Source: Anthoceros angustus
Lineage: Eukaryota; Plantae; Anthocerotophyta
Assembly (NCBI GenBank): GCA_010909165.1
Contig: MU008158.1
Span: forward strand, 2,939,478 to 3,003,477
Direction: 5' to 3'
Length of the DNA: 64,000 nucleotides
In this document: positions 13,139 to 25,741 of the stretch, piece by piece
Layout of the letters: each line of letters starts with the position of its first letter
How positions within the stretch are numbered: the stretch's first letter is position 1
The notes under the pieces: generated by a model
What the model saw: the letters and a program-made list of their open reading frames with translations, nothing else
Databases searched by the model: none
What the model was told of the DNA's origin: nothing
Program-made: the position numbers and the translations under genes

Positions 13139-13836
13139 CCTTACCTCGGGGGCATTGTGGAATGTATAATCGGAGCCTGCTAGGGGTTAGTGGTTGGAAA
13201 CTGTGGTCGGGATGGAGGTCGCCTCCCGTCATAGGTGAGGCAAAATAGTTGTTTAAGCACAAAGTGTAGATGGATATAACATTTGTACCCCAAGACCGGG
13301 AGGGGCCAACATTGGCCTTTTGAAACCTTGGGGGCCAACGGATTATCGCAAGTGACTACGTAGTATGCGATAAAGCTGCATTGTAAAATACCTTCGCATA
13401 TTTACAAGGGCGATTATTTTGTTTCATGCTGATAAAGCACACGTTGTCGCTGGTTAGGTCTAAGGATCCCTTAGCGTTGCAACGAACCAATCCCAAAATG
13501 CTGCGTCCAGCATATACCACCCATGTGCACATAGGCACCGGCACAACGAATCGGTCCCAAATGCCGTCCCAAATGCCGCGTCCAGCATGAACCTCCCATC
13601 TGTACATGAAGCACCGGCACAATCCCGTTCAGTCCCGAATGAATCTCTATGCGAGATTCACCCCAAATTATTAAAGTCTTGTTCTTATCTACTATTATTT
13701 TCGTTTTTCTATTATTTTTTACCCTTTACTAATTTTTTCAAAGACCGTACGTGCTAAGTGGAACCCATGGATAGACCAAAAATTTCCTCTATATTGTGAC
13801 CGCAAATCACTGGGATCTAGTTGTGTCCACTGGACA

Positions 13837-13976
13837 GGCATGCTTCCCTACTTGTCATAGCTCTTTCACGACGGCTTTGGGATAGCATCAAGGAGGAGGT
13901 TTTGCAGGCATGCTTCCCTACTTGTCATAGCTCTTTCACGACGGCTTTGGGATAGCATCAAGGAGGAGGTTTTGCA
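13837..13976. repeat. 70-bp direct tandem duplication inside a degenerate ORF
   Basis: caggcatgcttccctacttgtcatagctctttcacgacggctttgggatagcatcaaggaggaggttttg occurs twice in succession. Confidence 0.9.
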
Positions 13977-14919
13977 TCTGCTGATGGACAATTGGCAGGA
14001 TGGGATGCAAGACATTCGTGGAGCCCTTCGCCACATACGAGGATTGACTAAGCTCTAGGAGTCCATTAATCCCAATGAGCCAGAAACTTATTTGAAGTAG
14101 CTCAACTTATTTGCACCATACGGCTGGAGCAACCTCTCCCACAGGCCTTTTTGACTTGGTGCTTTCCACCAAACCCTAAAACTACGAGCTCCCATTTCCT
14201 TCAAAGCCAAACCACTTGCTCCAACCTCGAAAAACCAACATGCTAAAAAAGAAGAGCATGTTGAGCCCCAATGGCGGGGGACTATAGAATTGGAAATGCA
14301 TTTCATAAAATAATAATATAGGTTAGTATATAAAAATTAAATTGATTAAGATAATAATATTATTATGAATATTTTTTTAGAAATTCAAATATAGGCTAAA
14401 ACATAAAAGCTTATAGAGTTTTTAAAAGTATGGTATTACAAGATTTAAAGAAAAGAAGACGGAGTAAGATTGGCTGAAAAGAAGAAGCGATTGTCAATCA
14501 TTGGAAAGGAGTATATTACATTCTTGTATTTGTAGGATATTTTGCAAGGTGCATGTCTGAATGTTATAGACTAGTAACTCAATACAATGGAAGGTAATTC
14601 AGCTACAGAAAAACTTCTACTATTGGGCCGTAGGATGTATGGTCGCTTCCATAGTGTTGTAGCTATGATGTTTTTTGTGGTAATATTATTGAGTTAATTA
14701 AAATCAAACACCAGTCATAAGCTGGATATAAAGTAAGCCCATAGGGCTATCCCTATCCTTGACACTTCCCCGCACATAAGTGGATTTATGTTAAAGGGAA
14801 GAAATACAAAGTAACTCTAGCTAGTTATGGCGGTTAATTGGAGTATATCAAATCCAAGGTTATATGTGCTTGCACCACTATTGGACATTTGTTGCATGAC
14901 CATTCAATACTATGTGGAC

Positions 14920-16150
14920 ACCACATCAATTCAACCGAAAAAAATAGAAGCGCCTAACTGATTTGCGGTCATTGTTAATGATAATCGGATGTTACATTAA
15001 TTAAACCGAAATAGATTGACACAAAACCAAGATTATGCACTCGTAAATACCACCAGTATTCTTAAACACTGTCGCAGTTACTGAAGAAACCACCTTTGGT
15101 ACACCGCTTTGATTAAGCACAATTACGAATATTATTTGATGAAATAGCTCTTGAATACCGCACCTAACGAAACACCTTGAGAGATGTTCTCAACCTTAAA
15201 GTGCTCTCGAACATTGAACCTTAACTAAGGCGCATAGTGGCAATTAGTGTTTCTACGGTCCGCTGCATTTGAGGCTAAATCGCTGCATTGGAGGCTAAAT
15301 CCCAATTGGCTGATTCTATTCCTCTAGCCAAGTCATTCAAAATGTTTTGAGATGTGTTTCATGAGGTGCGATGTTTAAGAGGTGTTTCATCAAATGATTC
15401 TCATGGTTGCCCGGCTAGGTGCTTTCACTTGGTCTTCTCAATCAATTTCGGTTTAATTGATGCGCGCGCCCTCGCAATTTATCACCAATAATTGTTGCTA
15501 TGCTCCTCAGTTAAGATTTAGTATTCGAGAGTGGTTTAGGGTTGAGTGTTCCAGAGGTGCGGCATTCGAGATATTTCGTCATATGCACTATTCAAGAGGT
15601 GTTCATCAAATGATACTTATGCATTCGTTTTCTCTGCTAAGCTCTACCACTTGGTTTTGCGTGAGAGAATTTCCATTCAATTGATGCGACCTCTGCACTC
15701 ATCACCGATGCAGAAGTAGAATGATAATAACAAATTTAGTGAGCTAATGAATCCAATTGTTCGATATATCACTACATACATCTACAATTTGTCTGTTGAG
15801 ATCATCATCTCTATCCGTCGGAGATGCTGCCTCCATAGCTGGCTCATGGCCAGAATTCGTGTTCGTGTCTTCAATTTCCTCCTTGGTCTTCACCTTCATA
15901 GTTGGCTGAGGGGCAGAATCTACGTCCGTATGGCCTCCTGATAGCGAAGAATGCCTCACCTCATTGAGTACCAAACCCCTCATGCACTGACATGGAGCAT
16001 AGGGACAAGTGTTAATGATTTGCGGAGGCCGCATCAATTCAACCGAATTGACTGACATTAGACGAAGTATTGTAGAAGTGCCTAACTTAGTTGTGGTTAT
16101 TGTCAATGTTGTTCTAAAATCGCATCAATTCAATCGAATTAACTACACTG
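14920..16150. repeat. Degenerate foldback region built from direct and inverted modules
   Basis: Forward arm ~14995-15245 (aattaaaccgaaat.gattga...atttgatgaaa.a.ctctt.aa.a.cgcacct) is matched in reverse complement at ~15340-15460 and ~15485-15690. The module catcaattcaaccgaa...tagaag.gcctaact recurs at ~14925 and ~16030-16140. Confidence 0.65.
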
Positions 16151-16729
16151 AACTTAGTAACAATGTCTACTTGACTTGCAGACACTACCTATCCACTCCC
16201 TCACCATAAGATAATACGATGTTTACTCAAGTTGACTAGGAAATATTTGGTGGATCTCCATGTTCCAAAATTTACTCAAAATTTGGAGAATCAACGACTG
16301 GATTGTACAGCATGGACACTCCTGGAGGAGCATTATTATCTTAAGCTTGATAAAATTACGAAGCCTTTGCCCTTTAAGAGCACTATTCGTAAGCTTGATA
16401 AAATTATGTAGTCTTTGCTCTAAGCGGAGCACTACTGTAAGACAAAATCATGGAACCTTTATCTTTGAAGGAGAGTTGCTTTTGTAAGCTTTATAAAATT
16501 ATGTATAAACCCTTTTGCTCAACTAGCATGCAAAAGAATAATGATTGTTTGGTATGTCTTTCAGATGTTAGACATGCCAAACATGAGCTAATTCTCAAGG
16601 ATTATTTGGTGTATCTTAGAGATGTTAATTTTTGAGTCCTACATCATTAATGATTGCTCTATAGTAAGAACGAAAATAAACCCTTTGATCTAATAAGTGA
16701 TCCACCCCTATGACATTTAATTGCAAAGT

Positions 16730-17000
16730 TCACATTAGCTTATGTTAAATTTAGTGTGTCTAATAGAGTTTTGCTAGATATACCAAACAATTATCGGAGA
16801 ATTAACTTATGTTTAGCTTGTCTAACATTTCTTAGACACATTAAATAATCCAAGACAACTAGTTTATTATTAGCGTGTCTAATATAGCTAAAGAATTAGC
16901 TCATTTTTACCTTGTCTAATATAGCTAGAGAATTAATTAATCTTTTGGCGTATTTAACACAGCTAGAGAATAAGGTCATCTTTAGCTTGTCTAACATAGC
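16730..17000. repeat. Degenerate short tandem repeats (ttagc.tgtctaa.atagctagagaatt)
   Basis: At least 5 similar tgtctaa-centred units. Confidence 0.6.
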
Positions 17001-17419
17001 ATCCCTAGTGGCAATATTGGACGATACCATCCAATGATACAGTTTGATAATCAGGATTAAATCGAGCCACTACATAGAATGTCAAGCGGAATTACAATAA
17101 GACGTATATTTTTCTTGTTAAGTTATATGCGCCGGTCCGAGAAGTCTCAATTCGCTGCCCACGGTTCAGTTCGATGAAACTGCTAGTGTGTGAGGGTCCG
17201 ATTTGAAGTAGTCTTTGTTCCTCATGTATCAAGTCTAGCCAACTAGGCATAAACTACCTATTATATATATTATCAGGCTATGTTATAATAGTTTCATCTA
17301 GGCCATTGGATGATTACTAATTGTCAACCCTCGAACTCACCTTTAATTGCGAACCCTCGAACTCCCAATTTCATAATGCTAAGTTACAACAGCCAATACT
17401 AAACAATCCAAGTTGTCTT

Positions 17420-17780
17420 CTAGAGTATCCACCTTGTCAAAAGCTTGTGATTATTGTCCAAGAGCATGACGAGATTCCTATGGTAGCATTCAAATTTCTT
17501 ACTTTGCAAGAAATCAAAAGTATGTTATTACAAGTCACCCTTGCATTACACGGAGCACATAAGGCACATGGATTTGAGCATCGCGATTTTCATACTTCTA
17601 TTCTTCTAGCTTCTTCATTCTTCTAGCTCATACTACTAGCTATATAAATATTCTTCTAGCTCGTACTAGAGATGAACAAAGTGGTGAACTATATGTGGTA
17701 GGCAACAAAAGAAAATAATTAAAACATACGGAATAAAGACATCTATCATAGATGTTGGAATATTCAATGTGACGCCGAGA
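17420..17780 (+). pseudogene. Haspin-like Ser/Thr kinase fragment
   Basis: EYPPCQKLVIIVQEH...EIKSMLLQVTLALHGAHKAHGFEHRDFH, then NILLARTRD and, after a frameshift, IIKTYGIKTSIIDV. These correspond to the haspin motifs ...SLLVQ.TA.LA.AE...FEHRDLHWGNILL and IKTFGV.ISIIDF. Disrupted by stops and attcttctagct duplications. Confidence 0.7.
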
Positions 17781-18540
17781 TGCTATTCACCAAGATGAAG
17801 AAATTCGAGTCAACTCATCATAATTATCTTCCACACTACATTTGTCCCGAATAGTATGTACAAGATTTTTGAGTCATTTTGGGACTAGAGTCAACACTCT
17901 CTAGATCAATTATCCAGTTAAAAGATTTCTTGAACAAAAGTTTGAAGATTTAAAACTACCTGTAAACGACCTTTACACATTAATTAATTTTGGTAGGCAA
18001 GCAAGAAAATGCTCCTCCACAGCAAAGATTGGAAAAGATTTTTTTTTTTGAAGAAATGTGAACAGGCCACAAAGACATTGAAGTTAAGGCAAATGAGTAT
18101 GAGTTTATCAAGTCCGATTGCCCGTCGATATCTTGTATCATATGGATTAAGAAATAAAAGAAAAGTTGCAGACGAGTTTGTATAATTTTGACTGTCCATT
18201 GATTTATTTTACAAGTTTGATCAAGAAATGATCTATTTATTTAAATGATAGACCCTTCTAGTGGCTTACGGAACTTGTCTCTCTGGCTGCTGCTATGGCT
18301 CAGGGAGAGACGTCTCATGGAATCTCCCATGTCCTTGCTATGGACAAGCCCACCCCCTCCTCTGCCACGTGTGCATCTACTTGCGGTTGGGGAAGCCTTT
18401 ATGCGGCTTCTCAGCCATACTATTGCCCTTCAATGACGCTCCCTTCTCTGCTAGCACCTCAAATCCCCTTCAATTTGGCATGGCCACTCCAAGGGATGCG
18501 AGTCCTTGGTGTTTGAAGTAAAGGCATGCCTTAACACCCA

Positions 18541-18755
18541 TGTCGCGCTGTCAAGCAACATAGCTAGTCATGTCCGGAAGTGAACAATTCCATCAAAGAC
18601 AAAAATGAAATGATCAGGCTGATCCAGTAGCTAACAAGAAAACAAGACATAAATTTGTGACTAGGGAGACATACAGACATACATACAAACATACATACAA
18701 ACATACATACAAATATACATACATACATACATACATACATACATACATACATACA

Positions 18756-18789
<34 letters not shown>

Positions 18790-19046
18790 CATACATACAT
18801 ACATACATACATACATACATACATACATACATACATACATACATACATTTCCATGCTCACATGGGCTCATTTATCAGTCTTGACACATGGCTTGTGCTTT
18901 GTGTCAATGATATCCCTCACTCTCTCCCCCCACTGCTTTGTATCAATGATATCCCTCACTCTCTCCTCCCATTGCTTTGTGTCAATGATATCCCTCACTT
19001 TGTCTTAGCGCTAGTCTCGCTAGTGGTTACAGTTAATAGCATGACA
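18541..19046. mobile_element. Solo LTR-like insertion (TG...CA) with 4-bp TSD CCCA
   Basis: Termini TGTCGCGCT...AGCATGACA are imperfect inverted repeats. ccca flanks both sides (18537-18540, 19047-19050). Removing the insert and one TSD restores the CRE RT frame AAC ACC CAC CCA GAG TGG (NTHPEW). Confidence 0.85.
18669..18848. repeat. (ACAT)n microsatellite, ~45 units, inside the solo LTR
   Basis: Direct reading of the sequence. Confidence 0.97.
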
Positions 19047-21286
19047 CCCACCCAGAGTGGTGGTCTTGCAAATGGATGTTGAGAACACCTTCAATACCAT
19101 CTCCAAAGGCGTCATCTTTGAGGAGCTTAGGGACGCTGCCAGCGTCTTGGGGAGCCTTGTCCCTTTTGTTCAATGCTTTTACGGGAGGTCCTCCAACCTC
19201 TATTATCAGCACAAGAACGTGTCATCGGGATTCGCTATCTCTGCCTTGAAATCAGCCACAGGTACTAGGCAAGGCGACTCTTTAGGCGGTGCTCTCCTCG
19301 CCATCGCTCACTCTCATAAGCTTTCTTTGGTGAGCTTGAAGGTTAAATTGCCAAGTGCAGTGTTTGGTCTCCATGGGGAATCCTCTCTACTTTGTAGTTC
19401 CTTGTAGGGAAAGTTTGCTCAGGCCTTGGGCCTATGGATTTTGGGGGTCCGCTTCAGTTCCCTTGACTTCATCGAGAGCTTTTTGGACCAGGCTCTTGCG
19501 GAGGACCTCCCTTTGCTAGAGGATGCACAGGTGGCCTTTGGTATTCTTTCCTCTTGTTTTGCTAGGCGCCCTGGCTAACTCATTCGCACGTTGCCCCCGT
19601 CTCCGATCCTTCTATCCCGGCTACAGGGGTTTAATAGGTCATGGATATTCTAGGTGACATCATGGGTTCTGAGGCTTTCCAGTGCCCTATAGGCGATCTT
19701 GCCCGCTGGCAAGCATTCATGCCGGTGCAATTTGGAGGCACAGGTCTGCTCTCGTTGGAGGTATCTTTCCTGTCCGCGTTTTAGGGCCTTTATAATTTTT
19801 ATATAGGTGATCCCTTGTAAAAGGAGGGACAACAAAAAAAAAGACTTTATTTAATTATTTAGGTTTTATAGACTTTGCATACTAGCTAATTAATGCATGC
19901 TTCAATAATTAAGTTTTAATAATAAAAACCAATCTAGATACTATCAAAAGCCAAGATAGCTTGCTCTCTATGACTTGCTCTCTTTCAACTTGTAGATACG
20001 GGGCCCCTCTCGATGACTTTGGGACGCACTTGGCTCGCTGTCCCGCGGGTGGGCAGCGTATCGCTACACATGACGCCGTCCGGGATGTCATGTTCTCTAT
20101 TGCTAGGGAAGGTGGGTTCCTTCCATTTAGGGAGCGCCCTTACACCTTGCTCAACGGGGTCTCGCTTAGGGCAGACCTATTTTTGACCCGGGGGGGATCA
20201 GGTTTCGGTTGCTGATGTGGTGGTAACGGATCCCACCCGGGAGAGTGTCTGCGAACATGTTATTCTTAACCCTCCAGGTTGGGCGGCGGAGAGATGTGCA
20301 ATGGCTAAGGTCCACAAGCACTCTCCTATGCAGGACGGCCACGCCTTTGTCCCCCTTGCCATTGAGACTCACGGAGCCATGGGCAAGGATTTCTCTAGGT
20401 TCGTCAAGGCCTGCGCTAAGGCTTATCATAACCGCAGAAATGGGTTTGGCCTCCCCCTTTCTTGTATTGTTGCTTTCATCCGGCAGAGGGTTTCCATAGC
20501 TCTGCAAAGAGCGTTGACTAACGTAGTGTATAGAATGACAACGAGCGCGGGAGATGCAGCTTCTTCGACACCGGTGGTAAATAGGCCTTTTCACATGTGT
20601 GGACAGTGGACTCTTCCCTTTGGTAGGTAATAAGCTAGGTTTTGTTTTTTTTCATAAGTGTGGAGTGGGAAATAAGGCGAAAAGGGAGAAATAAGGTCGG
20701 AGTAACTCCGGACTGCATTCCGGAGTAGGTAGAGAGACTCCGGACCGCACTCCGGATCGGCTACGGACGACACTCCGGAGCGGATACAAACCGCACTTCA
20801 GAGTACACCGTGGTAAGTCCGGACTACACTCCGGAGTAAGTCGTGATAAGTACGCCAAGGAAAGTAACTTGGGAGCGGGAAGCGTATTTTGGCAAGAGGG
20901 GCCACGTGGACGGTGCTGAGAGGTGGACAGGCATGTAGCGGACCAAGACCGTAGGGTTGCCAATGGCCGTTATAGGCAGGTATTCATGCTCCGTACAGGC
21001 GTGACATAAGGCTAAGTCTGTGGCGCGTAAGGCTAGAGTAAGCTATGCAGCCTCGGCGATTCAGGCGTGAAGGATGCCCATCCGCTTGATTCTCGGCCGC
21101 CACCGAGCGAAGGTCATTCTTTGAGCAACCTCAACGCAGTCTCTCGCGCTTAGACACCCCGCTCTCTGGCGTTGTCTCTTCAAGCGTCCGAGCTTGCCTT
21201 TGCGACCGGAGCAACCGAATCAGCGACGGGAGAACGGAGAGTTGCGGAGCCTCAACCCTCAGCAGCAGAACAAGAGGAGCACAGCA

Positions 21287-22313
21287 ATGGGGCCCAAGAA
21301 GGCAGCGGAAGTGTGGGAGCCCTGGCGCTTGGTGGAATGAAACATCGTCACCAAACGGTATCCTGACTTTGGACCTTGGCTGGAGGAGGCAGAGGAGTTG
21401 GTAGAAGACTGGCACCTGGATATCTTCAGGCTGTCTGGACCTTCGAAGCGTCGCTCTGGTCCGAGAATATGCTCGGAAAATGTTGGCAGTAGCCAACAAA
21501 GAGGTCCGCTCCAAGAGTCTGAGGGAGGACCCGAGGAGGTGGACCGTGGAGGTCCTGAGGGCGGTTTACAATCGCCCAGTTGAAGAAATTGGGGGCGTAG
21601 TCCCGGAGCCCCTTAAGGTGAGGGGGAAGGTGGAAGCGGCAAGGGCGGCGCTCTTGAGGCGGGGGACGCAGCGGTCCTCAAACGGTTGGTTGATGTCGGA
21701 CCTGCTGGACAGGCGGGTGAGGGCGGTGGCGAAGGTCATCGTCCACTGGAACATGCTCACCAAGGTGGACCACCTTGGTGACAACCTAATGGTGTTCCTC
21801 CACGCCCTACAGAGAGGGAAGAGGGCCGATTGGGGAAGGATTATCTTCGCCCGGATCAACCAGGAGGCCAGGAAGCTGCGAAGTGAGAAGCCGCCTCCAT
21901 CGGCGTTATCGCCGTTCCTCATCCATGTATGGGGGCACCTCAACCTCCTAAAGGAGAGAGAGGAGGAGCGGGCGCTCCGGAAGGGTCTGGCGGCCCCGCC
22001 TGAGGCGGAGCGCGAAGGGAGAGCGCTGGAGGCGGAGGTCCGTCCTTCCAAGGCCAAGCGGGTCCGGGAGGAAGATGACTGGGAGGGGATTCCGGACTCC
22101 ATACGTCTGGAACGGACCCCCTCGCCACCCCGGGAAGCGTGGGAAGATATTCCCGCCTCTCTCCTTTTAGTTCCTTCAACGGAGCACCCTCACGGGAGGC
22201 GCCCACGGGAGGAGGCGGGCGGTGGCCGACCAATCAGCCGCGGCCGCGGAACCCCGCCCGACGAGGCAAGTGGCCAAGAGACGGAAGACGGCCCCCACCA
22301 GCGCGGCGCCTAG
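21287..22313 (+). pseudogene. Gypsy extra ORF downstream of pol, N-terminal part (disrupted)
   Basis: ATG at 21287 (MGPKKAAEVWEPW). The 277-aa ORF contains NGWLMSD..TKVDHLGDNL..DWGRIIF..PFLIHVWGH, and the same motifs are conserved in the copy at 58.8-59.5 kb. Confidence 0.7.
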
Positions 22314-22525
22314 GACCGTACCGGTCCCCTTACCCCTGCCTATGGAGTAGCAGGAAGCGGAGGAGGCCGTAAGAAGGGCAGAGCGAGATGCTGCCCAAGG
22401 AGCAGGAGGCCATTGGCAGCAACCACACCCCGAGCCAGTCCTGTCCCCAACCGGGAGAGGTAAGAGCACTACAAGAATCGCAGGTGTTTTACAACGCATT
22501 TTACAACGTAATTTACAACCTCACG

Positions 22526-25500
22526 TTGTAAAAACGGGCATTTTACGTTTATGGCGGCGACAACTAGGTTGTAAAAATCTTGTGGCGGGCAAGGTTGCCA
22601 CGTCGGCAAGTTCTTGACGTGGCCGCCACGTCACCTAACCGGACGGGTAAGGTGTCCGGGTAGCCGTTTAGCGTCATTTACAACGTTTACAACGTCGTTT
22701 ACAACCTAAATGACAACGCCATTTACAACGCGTGGTTGCCTTGTAATCTAGGTTGTAAAATAGGTTGTTATTAGGAGGTTGTAGTCGGCGACAACTAGGT
22801 TGTAAAGTGGGTCTATTTACAACGTGGTTTACAAGGTCGTTTACAACCTCATTTACAACCTTCAAACACCCTTACTTTACAACGTCATTTACAAGCGTCA
22901 TTTACAACGTCGTTTACAACGTCGTTTACAATGTCGTTTGCAGCGTGGTTTACAAGCGTGGTTTACAAGGTCGTTTACAACTTGATTTGCAACCTCATTT
23001 GCAACCTCATTTACAACGTCATTTACAACGTCATTTACAACCTCATTTACAACGTCATTTACAACCTCATTTACAACCTCATTTACAACCTCAAAATTCA
23101 CGAATCGCTAGTTTTACAACAAAATCTACAAGGTAGATTACAACTTGAAAAATTCACGTCTCAATGATTTACAACGTTGTTTATACATTAAAATATATAC
23201 GTATTCTACAAAATAGTATACATCTCTTTTCATACATACGGTACGGACATAAGGTATACTATATGGTATCATATCGAAGATCAAATTATACATGTATATC
23301 ATACAATACGACTCTTTATACAATATATGATAATATTGACAAAATAATTATTGAATTAAATAAATAGGTATCTAATTAAGATTATAAATCTATGAATTTA
23401 ATAATGTAATTACATTATATCCATTCCATTTAAATCCTAATTTTTGGGCAGTATATATACATATTATTTTAACTAAATTTGGCCCCTAATTAGGGACCAG
23501 ATTTACATAAAATAATGCATACATAATATCTTAAAATTAGGATAAATGAAGGCAATATATATTGTAACATAATCCGACGCCTTGTAAGTTCGCGATCTTT
23601 ACAAGGCTGTAGAATGCGCTTGCACTTGAAGGTTGTGATGATCCTCCTACTAGATATTCTCCGGATTTGAAGGCCATCATATGTGCGGGGTCAGAACATG
23701 CATGTGAAGAGGAATATAAGATGCAAGTCAAAAATCCAATAGAGCCAAAGCGAGATTAGCTTACATGACACGGACTTGACACACCACAAGCAGCCCCACC
23801 AAAATGGTAAAGAACTTGACACACAAGCAGCCCCACCAAAATGGTAAACAACTTGATGCACCACAAGCAGCAAAATGGTAAAGAACTTGACACGCCACAA
23901 GCAGCCCCAAAATGGTAAAGAAAAGTCGGGTCTAGAGCACACCTTCCACCAAAATGTGTGCCCCAAAGCCTTAGCTAGATTCCTCAACCTTCTCCAAGAG
24001 CAAAATCCTTGATCCATTATTACAAAGTTGCAAAATTTCAAGCCAAACGAGCACACACCTTAGCGGAGGTATATAGATACTTGATAGCATCAAAATCACT
24101 GGGACAAACATTTCACACCTCTTCCTCTTTCAACAATCATTGAGTGCATCCAGTTGTAAAAGCAGGCATTTGCGTTATGGCGGACAACTAGGTTGTAAAA
24201 ATGCGGCGTGGCAAGGTTGCCACGTCGGCAAGTTCTTGACGTGGCCGCCACGTCACCTAACCGGACGGTAAGGTGTCCGGGTAGCGTTTAGCGTCATTTA
24301 CAAGCGTTCGCTCGTTTACAACCTAAATGACAACGCCATTTACAACGTGGTTGCCTTGTAATCTAGGTTGTAAAATAGGTTGTTATTAGGAGGTTGTAGT
24401 CGACAACTAGGTTGTAAAGTGGGTCTATTTACAACGTATTTACAATATCGTTACAACCTCATTTACAACCTTCAAACACCCTTACTTTACAACGTCATTT
24501 ACAACGTCATTTACAACGTCGTTTAGCGTCGTTTACAATGTCGTTTGCAACGTGGTTTACAACGTGGTTTACAACGATTTGCAACCTCATTTGCAACCTC
24601 ATTTACAACGTCATTTACGTCATTTACAACCTCATTTACGTCATTTACAACCTCATTTACAACCTCATTTACAACCTCAAAATTCACGAATCGCTAGTTT
24701 TACAACAAAATCTACAAGGTAGATTACAACTTGAAAAATTCACGTCTCAATGATTTACAACGTTGTTTATACATTAAAATATATGTATTCTACAAAATAG
24801 TATACATCTCTTTTCATACATACGGTACGGACATAAGGTATACTATATGGTATCATATCGAAGATCAAATTATACATGTATATCATACAATACGACTCTT
24901 TATACAATATATGATAATATTGACAAAATAATTATTGAATTAAATAAATAGGTATCTAATTAAGATTATAAATCTATGAATTTAATAATGTAATTACATT
25001 ATATCCATTCCATTTAAATCCTAATTTTTGGGCAGTATATATACATATTATTTTAACTAAATTTGGCCCTAATTAGGGACCAGATTTACATAAAATAATG
25101 CATACATAATATCTTAAAATTAGGATAAATGAAGGCAATATATATTGTAACATAATCCGACGCCTTGTAAGTTGATTGTGATCTTTACAAGGCGGTGCAT
25201 CAGAATGCGCTTGCACTTGAAGGTTGTGATGATCCTCCTACTAGATATTCTCCATTTGAAGGCCATCATATGTGCGGTCAACAACATGCATGTGAAGAGG
25301 AATATAAGATGCAAGTCAAAAATCCAATAGAGCCAAAGCGAGATTAGCTTACATGACACCGGACTTGACACACCACAAGCAGCCCCACCAAAATGGTAAA
25401 GAACTTGACACACAAGCAGCCCCACCAAAATGGTAAACAACTTGATGCACCACAAGCAGCAAAATGGTAAAGAACTTGACACGCCACAAGCAGCCCCAAA

Positions 25501-25741
25501 ATGGTAAAGAAAAGTCGGGTCTAGAGCACACCTTCCACCAAAATGTGTGCCCCAAAGCCTTAGCTAGATTCCTCAACCTTCTCCAAGAGCAAAATCCTTG
25601 ATCCATTATTACAAAGTTGCAAAATTTCAAGCCAAACGAGCACACACCTTAGCGGAGGTATATACAGATACTTGATAGCATCAAAATCACTGGGACAAAC
25701 ATTTCACATCCAGTCCTCTTTCAACAATCATTGAGTGCATC
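22526..25741. repeat. ~1.6-kb tandem duplication inside the CACTA element
   Basis: 22526-24152 is repeated at ~24153-25741. The junction falls at a ttg(t/c)aaaa microhomology; copies differ by small indels. Confidence 0.92.

Larger units (their letters stand above)
18250..20630 (+). mobile_element. Degenerate CRE-clade non-LTR retrotransposon (RT, zinc finger, restriction-like endonuclease)
   Basis: LAMDKP..RVHLLAVGEAFMRL..PLQFGMAT..GCESLV..NTHPEWVVLQMDVENTFNTIS..SATGTRQGDSLGG (RT). C..G..HLARCPAGGQRIATHDAVRD (Zn finger). VVVTDP..AAE..K..K..FVPLAIETHGAMG..RQRVSIALQR (RLE). Many stops and frameshifts. Confidence 0.85.

Noticed and set aside
18564-18870. MYVC/TYIH repeat ORFs
   Set aside because: Translations of the (ACAT)n microsatellite.
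22674-23167. VVNEVVND / IYNLIYN repeat ORFs
   Set aside because: Translations of CACTA subterminal TTTACAAC repeats.
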